A stretch of 58,548 bases of DNA, filler included, from Sphacelaria rigidula (lineage: Eukaryota), in NCBI GenBank assembly GCA_964200075.2. It is 8 parts of 8 records of this genome, joined end to end, with 100 filler letters (N's around TTAATTAATTAA, not from the genome) between each part and the next. Parts side by side here need not be neighbours in the genome. Positions count along the whole stretch, not along the records: positions 43,988 to 51,218 come from CAXNAA020015853.1; positions 51,319 to 58,548 come from CAXNAA020015854.1; 6 more parts are not named here. One strand, 5' to 3'. The number at the start of each line of letters is the position of its first letter. Within the stretch, counting starts at the first letter, position 1. Below the pieces are notes generated by a model. That model was not told the DNA's origin and did not search any database. It worked only from the letters and a program-made list of their open reading frames with translations. This document shows positions 50,676 through 58,548 of this stretch, piece by piece. A program made the translations under genes and the position numbers.

Positions 50676-51479
50676 GATGACGTAGATTATGCGAGTACAG
50701 TCACGTGTGCAGTACGGGCAACCGAGTCGCCTGACGCCCACCATCAGTCAGGTCGGGTTCTGGGTGCCATTTGTCTGCCTTGCTGTGGGGGTTTGCATAA
50801 GTGTATGTGTGGTGAGTTCGTGTGTGTGTGGTATTGAGTGGGAAAGGTTGAGGGTGTGTTATAGAGTAACAGAGTGTGAGTGGTTGAGGTAAATTGGCTG
50901 AATAAGCAGAGTGTGACAATGAGATAATCAAAACGATAATACTGTTATTTGCCTGAACCAAGCTACTGATCACTGCTCACGCACGTGAGTTGTGTGGACG
51001 CTTACACCCGCATCAGAGCAGTTTATCTGTGATAGGATGTATATTTCTCAGCTTCCATATACTGCAAAATTGTATCTATGTAATGCTACGATTGGGGAGG
51101 GGGGGGGGCGTACTCATTTGTTGCTTGCCTTAGTCATCTGACCATTGACCACGCATCCCTTTCGAGACGGAGCACACGATTGGGGAGGGGGGGGGGGGGG
51201 GGGGGGGGGGAAGCACTCNNNNNNNNNNNNNNNNNNNNNNNNNNNNNNNNNNNNNNNNNNNNTTAATTAATTAANNNNNNNNNNNNNNNNNNNNNNNNNN
51301 NNNNNNNNNNNNNNNNNNCCCCCCCAGGCAACCCCCCTTCCCCCCCCCCCCCCCCCTCCCCCCCCTCCCCCAACCCGGTTTTTAACCCTCCCCCCCCCCC
51401 CCCCCCCCCCCCCTCCGACCTTCACGCTCATATGAAAAAGGGTTTAGCCCTCGGACACCACCGAGTACAAACTCAGCAC

Positions 51480-54400
51480 CTTCGCCTTTGCTGCGGCCTT
51501 TTTGGCCTCCTCCTCCGCCTTCATCTTAGCTGCGGCCGCCGCTGCTGCTGTCGCCGCCGCCGCCGCCTCCCTCTCCTCTTTTTCCTGTAAAGCCTTCGCT
51601 TCAGCAGCCTGACAGGAACAACACCGACCGTCAGAGGGTGTTTGCGAGGCCTAGGGTATGCATATCGTAACCCGGGGCACCCCGCATTCTTCTTCGGGAT
51701 GCTTCGCGCACGTCCAACGACTCTTCGGTGTTGATTTTCGTATGAATTCCGAGGACCAAGGACGGATCAGGGACGGCCGAGAGTCGATGATGACGATAAC
51801 CTGATGTATATATGAATAAGTCAATGGCCAAGACCACGACCAAGACTGCCTCGACACAGAGTCGTAGTCATTGGACGTGTAGGTGTTGGTAGTATCAGCT
51901 ACGCAAAGGGTGTCCACTTCGAAGGGAGCGGGAAGGGAGAGAAGACAGGCATACCGAAAAGTCCATGGTGCTCGTAGAGTATGAGTATCGACAAAGAACA
52001 CAACAACGAGTTTGATAATACCACCTCAGAGTTTGCTTCCCCCCCACCCCCCTCCCCAGCGGGACCTCATCCCTCGACTTTAGACCGACCCACAACACGC
52101 AAACGGGACCCGATCGTCACCTTTTTGGCCTTGGCTTCAGATGCTTGCTTCTGCAGGGACGCAACGAATAGAGGTTCACGTGCAGATACAGGGGGGTGGG
52201 TACATCAGCGGTGGAGGCGATTGAGGAATACACGACTACTCGACTACACAAGCACTGCAGACAGCAAACACTACAGGAGTAATCACCTACATCTCATCTT
52301 GTGCTCTGACGAAGGATGATATACTCCTTCCGATCAGCAGTAGAAGGTTATGAAAATTTGCACCATAAGTGAAAGACACTTGTGATTCTCGACTCGTGAG
52401 CTTGATTTCCACGAAAGGCATTTCCATTTTAAAAAAACAAGTCCTGTCCCCCACCACCCCCCCCCTTCCTTTCCCTTCACACTGTTCCTTCTTGCTGTTT
52501 CTTCGATTCAAAGGTTGTACTTCTGGCCACCCTGTGGCTTCGACACCGGTCGAAAAACACGGGAGCATTATATCCGTAGTTTCAAAAACTTGATTCTACA
52601 GGGAGCCAACATCAATCGATTCCATGAACAAAATCAGTCACTCGCATCACATCGAATCGAATACCTCAAACCAACGCCATATACCTCGGCTGCCTTGACC
52701 TTGACCTTGGCTGCGGCAGCCTCCGCCTCCTCCTGCTTCTTGCGGGCCGCTTCCTCCTCCTGCCTCCTGCGGGTCGCCGCCTCCTCAGCAGCCGCACGCG
52801 CCTTGGCCAGCCACAAAATACAGACACAGGCACACAAAACACGATGTCATCGACGGCGGTCAAGTAAATAGACTTCATTTTCGAAAGCACGCAAGCACAC
52901 GCGGGGGAAGAAGACAGAGGCCGCTTCACACGATTCACAAAAGCATGCAGACAGCAGAGCCTTTGACTGATTGCTGCTTCGAACGCAAGCACGGAGGCCC
53001 ATCCACATGCACATACGATCTTTTAACGTGAGGCGTGGAGATGCATCTCGCGTATATTGGCGTGCGCTTGGCACAGGTACGTGTCACGCCCTGGTCCCAA
53101 GGAGAGCAACCACAACCCCCTCTCGCGCCCTCGTCCAAAGCTAAACCCAACAGCAATAGCAAAAGGCAAAAAGGCAAGACATACATACCCAAAGGAACGG
53201 ATACGTGTCGAAGCAAACGCGTACCCACACTTCCGACGCCTTTCTACAGCGGGGGGTACATGTCATGTGTACGGAAGGCGCAGAAACACAAACCATGGAA
53301 ACGTGAAATTTTTCCAACAGACTTTGAATACACGTTCTGCGGCATTGTACGTTCCGCGGTGGAGACGTTTCCTGGACTCCGGATAGTGCGGCGAGGAAAG
53401 CATCCACCATTTCAGAGACAGGATACTCACCTGAGGAGTGGACTATTTTCGCCATTTTCTGCTTATTTGTTTTCCACTATAAAAACAACCTAACCCATCG
53501 TAGTCAATCATCAGCAGCCAGCTTGTTTAAGCGGACTTGGGCCTTTCAGCGAAACGCCCAACTCGCGCTAAAAAGTAAGTGAAAACACATGCTCTGGGGT
53601 AAACTGGATGAAATTTTTCGCACCCAAATGGATTCTTCAAAGTGTCGCAACGTGATTGAGACCTCAATCACTCACCGTAAGTACGCTGTGCTCGTCATCG
53701 ACTGACACCACAGACTCAACACGTACCATTAATTTTGACACACCGTATATACTGCCAAAGAAACGTGCACACTTCCGTCACCATGAAAGGTCAGCTGGAC
53801 GGCATCTCCATACTTCACAGAGAAATACAAACCTGTCCCGCTACACCAACAGCCCCGCAGCTTACCTTTGTATCCGACGCCTTACTCTCGGCAGCATTGC
53901 TGTTACCGTAACTCCCGAAAGACAGCTCCACATCACCATCATCCCGCTTAGGAGACGCCGCCGCTACCGGGGTCGACACCTTCGCGCCACCACCCCCGGC
54001 CCCAGCACCAGCCGCCACAGCAGTGGCTGCCGAACCCGTCCCAGACGGCGCCGCGCCGCCGTGTCCTTTGAACGCGGGCGGCGAAGCCTTTACTCCGCCA
54101 CCCTCGGCGTCACTCGCGGTAGCCGTGCGAGGTTTGGGCGCGGCCGCGGCCGCCCGTGCCGTTGCCGCAGGAGGCGTGGGAGTAGGGTCCTCCTTGAGCG
54201 CCGCCTGTGCCTTCTCACGCATCTCTCTAGCAGCGCTCGACTCCCCCCCGGATGAAGTTGGAGACATGGAAAGACCTCCTGTTTTTCTACCAGCGCCTCC
54301 CTGCTGTGCGTGCATCGGGAGAGTCCCCGCCCCTCCTGCTCCCATACGTCCCGCATTCACTGGAGGCGGGCCCCCGCCTGAACCGCCGCCGCCGCCACCC

Positions 54401-54683
54401 TGACCCGGAAGATCTATCGCCATGCCCGTCTTCGGGTCGACAATCTCCAGTACCTTCCGTTTTGGTGCGGATGGGGGAGGCGTCGGCCCGGCTAGGGGAG
54501 ACACACCGCCACTTGCTGTGGGTCCACCGGGTCCGCCAAGACTGCCTGGTCCACCGGGTCCACCGGGTCCACTGGGTCCGCCGGGCGGCGGTCCTCCGAC
54601 TCCGGCTCCGGGAGGTCCGCCTGCTTGTTGAGGCGCTGCTGGTTGTTGCTGTTGCTGCTGCTGCTGTTGCTGCGGCGGAGGCG

Positions 54684-54714
<31 letters not shown>

Positions 54715-57700
54715 AGATGCGGCGTTTGCTCGTGGTCCGACGGAGTTCGGGGGGGGTGCACCTGGCATGCCCTGTACCGGTTGGCCCGGCATCTGGCATG
54801 AAGCAACGATCGCCCAATCATTAGAGGCAGAACAAACGGCGGACAAAAACACATGACAGCATGAACGAGGCCAAGAAAACGTATATGTTGAAATTGGTCG
54901 AAGGTGGTGGGATGGGAGCGTACTCATATGTCGCTTGCTTTAGTCGTTTGACCATCGACCACGCAATCACTTTCGAGACGGAGCGAGTGGTGGGGTAGGA
55001 GGGGTAGGTTGCGAACAAATTCGTTTTGATATTTTGATAATAAGTACTACAAAGCTTGTAGCTAATGTTGGGCCCCCCACACCCCTGATGGTGCTCCGTC
55101 TCGAAAGGGATGCGTGGTCAATGGTCAAATGACTAAGGCAAGCAACAAATGAGTACGCTCCCCCCCTCCCCCCTCCCCCCTCCTACCTCGTCGCCGGCCG
55201 AAAGTCACATCCAAACCTGAATATAGAAAAAATTATGGAACAATGAACGGCATTCAGGGTTGGTACGAGTATACTAAACCCTACTGCAATGTGTACCAAA
55301 CATTGCACGGGTCGGACGAATCAACGATTCGTCTGGAAATGAAATGATTTCAATCCTTGGGCTCCGCTTTCGTCGTTGCAACCCAGGTAAGCGCAGCCCA
55401 GGCAAGTGGAACGCCGCAAAAATTGCGTGGAGGTCTTTTCGACCAGCGGTCAACTCTTCTGTCTCTTTCGAGCAATCAGGCTTGAACAATCGTGGATTTG
55501 GTAATTCCGACCGGCGATGATCCGTCCGAACCGTGGAAAATCGCGATATGGTCCGGTAGGGGTATCGAGTCTTGTTCCGAACAATTCTGTACGGTGCAGA
55601 AGCTAATTTCCTTATAAAATATCTCGTACATCTTTTGTATGTAAGTATCCGAATTTCTGGAGGATACACCCTACACAACGGGATATTCAAAAATATCGCT
55701 TTCCACGAGAAGTGATCTCAGAAGCCTTGTTTTTGTTTCTCTGTAAACCTGTTTGCCATGATAGTAATATTGCAAACTTGGTGACAGGTCTCAAAGCTGC
55801 CACCGCTGTTTCATTCCACACAAAAACATTCGACACTTTTACAGCAGTTAAAGCACATAACGCTCTGACACCCCTACACAAACGTACACAAGTTACTTTC
55901 TGGCAAAACAAAATTCCATCATATCGTGACTTCACCAACCCCTCTTTCAAGAAAATGTTATTCGAACTCTGGTTCATCATCACTACCTTACTACCGAGTA
56001 ACCATCCTGTTCTCCCCCAGAGGAAGGGACGCATCGTCCTCTACAGCCACGAACCCGACGGAAACGCCTCAGTCAAAAATGCACAATATGCTTCAAAACT
56101 TCTTTACAGGTCAAGCGGTTCCAAAACGTTTCCCGATCAGAAATAAGTAACAGCCAACAATATTCTTCCACTCTCTTTCAACAATGCACCACTCACCGGC
56201 ATCATGCCCTGTGGTATGTACGGCGCCGGGTAGACGCCCATCTGACCAGTGCCCATCTGGCCCCCGTAAATCATCTGCGAATGCATGTAGTTGGGGTTCC
56301 CGCCGTACTGGAAAGTCGAGACGAGGGGAAGGAGGGGAGGGGGGGATGCAGGGCCGAGGGATAGATTGCACACACACGAGCGGAGGACAAGAGATGTCCC
56401 ATGGGGTCTTTTCTCAATTTGGAGCAACTAGCGTCAGGGTCAAAATCAGAACGTGTGCAAAAAAAAAATAGTTAAACGTGACGGGAAAACACTCACATTA
56501 TTCATGGGATAACCTCCCATGTGCCCCTGCTGCGGCTGCTGCTGCGGCCACATGCGTTGGGGGTGGTGTGCCTGCCCCTTTCCGCGAAGAAACAAGGAAC
56601 ACACGAAGCGAGTGGAGGGGGAGTGTACCCATGAACTCGCATGCCGTGGTACGAAGACAATTGATATCACATCCCTACAAATCCAAGACAGACCATGCGG
56701 GGTTCTCGCCAGACCAGGCTCGCAATCAGTCACCTAGCGCGAAGCGCCGTGATGTGTTTGGCGGAGGCGGGGGGGGGGGGGGGGGAGGATGGAATTCGGA
56801 AACAGCAACAACTACTATATTTTTTTGTTTTTGTTTCGCCATCGTCTTCTCTGTTGCTAATTGAAAGTGTGTACTACAGTACGCCCCCCGCCCTTCTCGC
56901 CCCGTCTCCTTTGTTTCCCTGTACTCGAGCTTCCTCTCATCGCGGGTATCGCGCTTAAACTGTTGGGAATACTCATCTCGTGCCCATTCATGCGTAGGTT
57001 CACAGCCGATCACCTCTAATCTCAACACCACCAGAGCAACCCATTTTCTCCTTCCACGTTTCAATCAGGTCAACTCAAACATGACGCCAAAATCACGACC
57101 GCTGCACCCACACCTTCGTTCTCTGCACAATCAAGGCGTGGCATTCCTTGCAGCTTCGGAACCACCCACAAAATTCTCTGGAAGCCCGATGTGTGCGGGA
57201 GGGGGCACGGTTTCAAAAGTCCAAGTACTTGGGCTACCACCAGACGTGGTCAGACTCCTGAAAACGGACATGGTTCAAGTCTCCAGATGGTGCTCCCCTG
57301 CTCGGGGACAGTACTTACACAATTTTCGATATCTTGATACGAGTTCGACGTGAGTAAGAGACATCGAACTGATGTGGTGATGAAAAGAAAAAAAACATCA
57401 AGGAGCCGGCGGAGTTCCCTAGAGAACGCACAACACCCTTCAGAGGATGCAAAAAAGTATCAGCTCTCCCATTATAGTCAGTTTGCTCGTGTGTGTTGGA
57501 ACACTCCTACAGCAGGCTCATATTGCTTTGTTGGTGGTTTTTGGACAAGATGTAAAACGTTTCCATGAGGCCAACAAATGGGGATGAGGGGGGTGGGCGA
57601 AGCTGAAAGATACGCCATTCTTCGGCACGATTTATACAGATGTATGAATTCTTGCGGAGACCGATTAGAGATCTTCATCTGCACCACACTAAAGTATGAC

Positions 57701-58419
57701 GTGACTTTGATATTTGAAAAAAAACATCATGAGACATCTTCCACACCGTCCAACCCGAAAATGCCTCGAGTAGGCGGTCTACTGCGCACTGCAGATGTCG
57801 CGATTTTCATCACATGGACCGTATTGCCCGGGATCTTTTGCCATCAACACTTTCGAGAGCGATGCGATTTGAAGACAAATAACAGAAAAATAGAGCCACC
57901 ACTACCACCACTGATATCAACATCGCCACTTACTCTATACCAACCCGAAGAGACGAAGACAGGGAAAGGAAAGGAAGGGAGAGGAAATACGATAGAAATA
58001 TATATATATTTACCTCCTACGGCTGCTACTTCAAGTGCGACGAAAAACGCCAGTTCAACCAAGTATCACAATACAGAATTCGAGGATAAGGAAACGTGAC
58101 GCCAATCCTTCTCCGACACCGCAACTAGCACAACTCAACACAAGAGGTGAAAAAAAATACGTCACGATTGGGGATAGGCGATAAATCAAACACAAAAAAA
58201 CAAGAAACAAGTAGAAACCGTCACCTGCTGAGGTCCCTGCTGGGGTCCCTGCTGCGGCTGGGGCCCCTGTTGCTGCGGGTGAGGCAGAATACCGCCGCCT
58301 GCTCCGCCAGGGCCACCCTGCACCCCTCCTGGGTGCTGCTGCGGCGACATCATGGGCATCTGCTGCGGCGAACCAGCAATGCCCGTTCGTCTGGGCGAGC
58401 CACCGGGGCCGGCACGCAT
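51480..58419 (-). CDS. 5'/middle part of an eIF4G-like translation initiation factor. Exons 58419-58225, 56571-56497, 56307-56197, 54792-53866, 52801-52685, 52150-52121, 51608-51480
   Basis: All introns are phase 0 with AG/GT sites. Q/P/G/M-rich N-terminus, the motif KRKVLEIVDPKTG typical of eIF4G N-terminal regions, then an A/E/K-rich coiled coil. The eIF4E-binding motif and MIF4G domain are not in the contig. Confidence 0.65.
55307..55534. mobile_element. MITE, same family as 8243-8506, in an intron of the eIF4G-like gene
   Basis: acgggtcggacgaatca ... tgatccgtccgaaccgt; shares internal ttgcgtggag.tcttttcgaccagcggtc. Confidence 0.75.
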
Positions 58420-58548
58420 CTGTCATGTAAAGAAATAGAGAAAATAATACATGAAAATAGGGGGGGGGGGGGGGGGGGGGGGACACGGGAGGAGGGGGGG
58501 AGAAGGGGGGGGTGTGGCAACTGGAGCCAGGGGGGGAGAGCCAAAAAG

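Noticed and set aside
7233-51318. Regularly spaced TTAATTAATTAA as a biological periodic or CRISPR-like array
   Set aside because: It is embedded in N runs; it is a synthetic six-frame-stop linker.
54023-54854. Multiple overlapping ORFs in alternative frames
   Set aside because: They are GC-rich, CAG-repeat shadows of exon 54792-53866; the same applies to shadows over 2347-3436 and 5099-6179.

Overview
Eukaryotic genomic DNA, most likely a brown alga (Phaeophyceae). This is inferred from about 50% GC, long GT/GC-AG introns and a membrane-protein family typical of brown algae. The window is not one locus. It is eight unrelated contigs of almost identical length (7232, 6 x 7231 and 7230 bp) joined by seven 100-bp N44-TTAATTAATTAA-N44 linkers, so nothing should be inferred across linkers. 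Contents by contig: (1) a multi-exon coiled-coil gene with repeated 'EYARQLREQ' motifs and two GC-AG introns; (2) exons of a BIRC6-like ubiquitin-conjugating enzyme; (3) catalytic exons of an atypical PPP Ser/Thr phosphatase; (4) the 3' end of a Rex1/REXO5-like RNA exonuclease, plus SINEs and a foldback element; (5) the first exon of an unknown gene, plus repeats; (6) an almost complete, intron-containing but decayed HMGXB3/CxC4-type KDZ (Zisupton-related) transposase, with an inverted partial second copy, a MITE and a 120-bp hairpin; (7) the 3' end of a multi-pass membrane protein gene; (8) the 5' part of an eIF4G-like gene. Several short interspersed repeat families recur across contigs. All family assignments come from motifs I recognised by eye, not from database searches.
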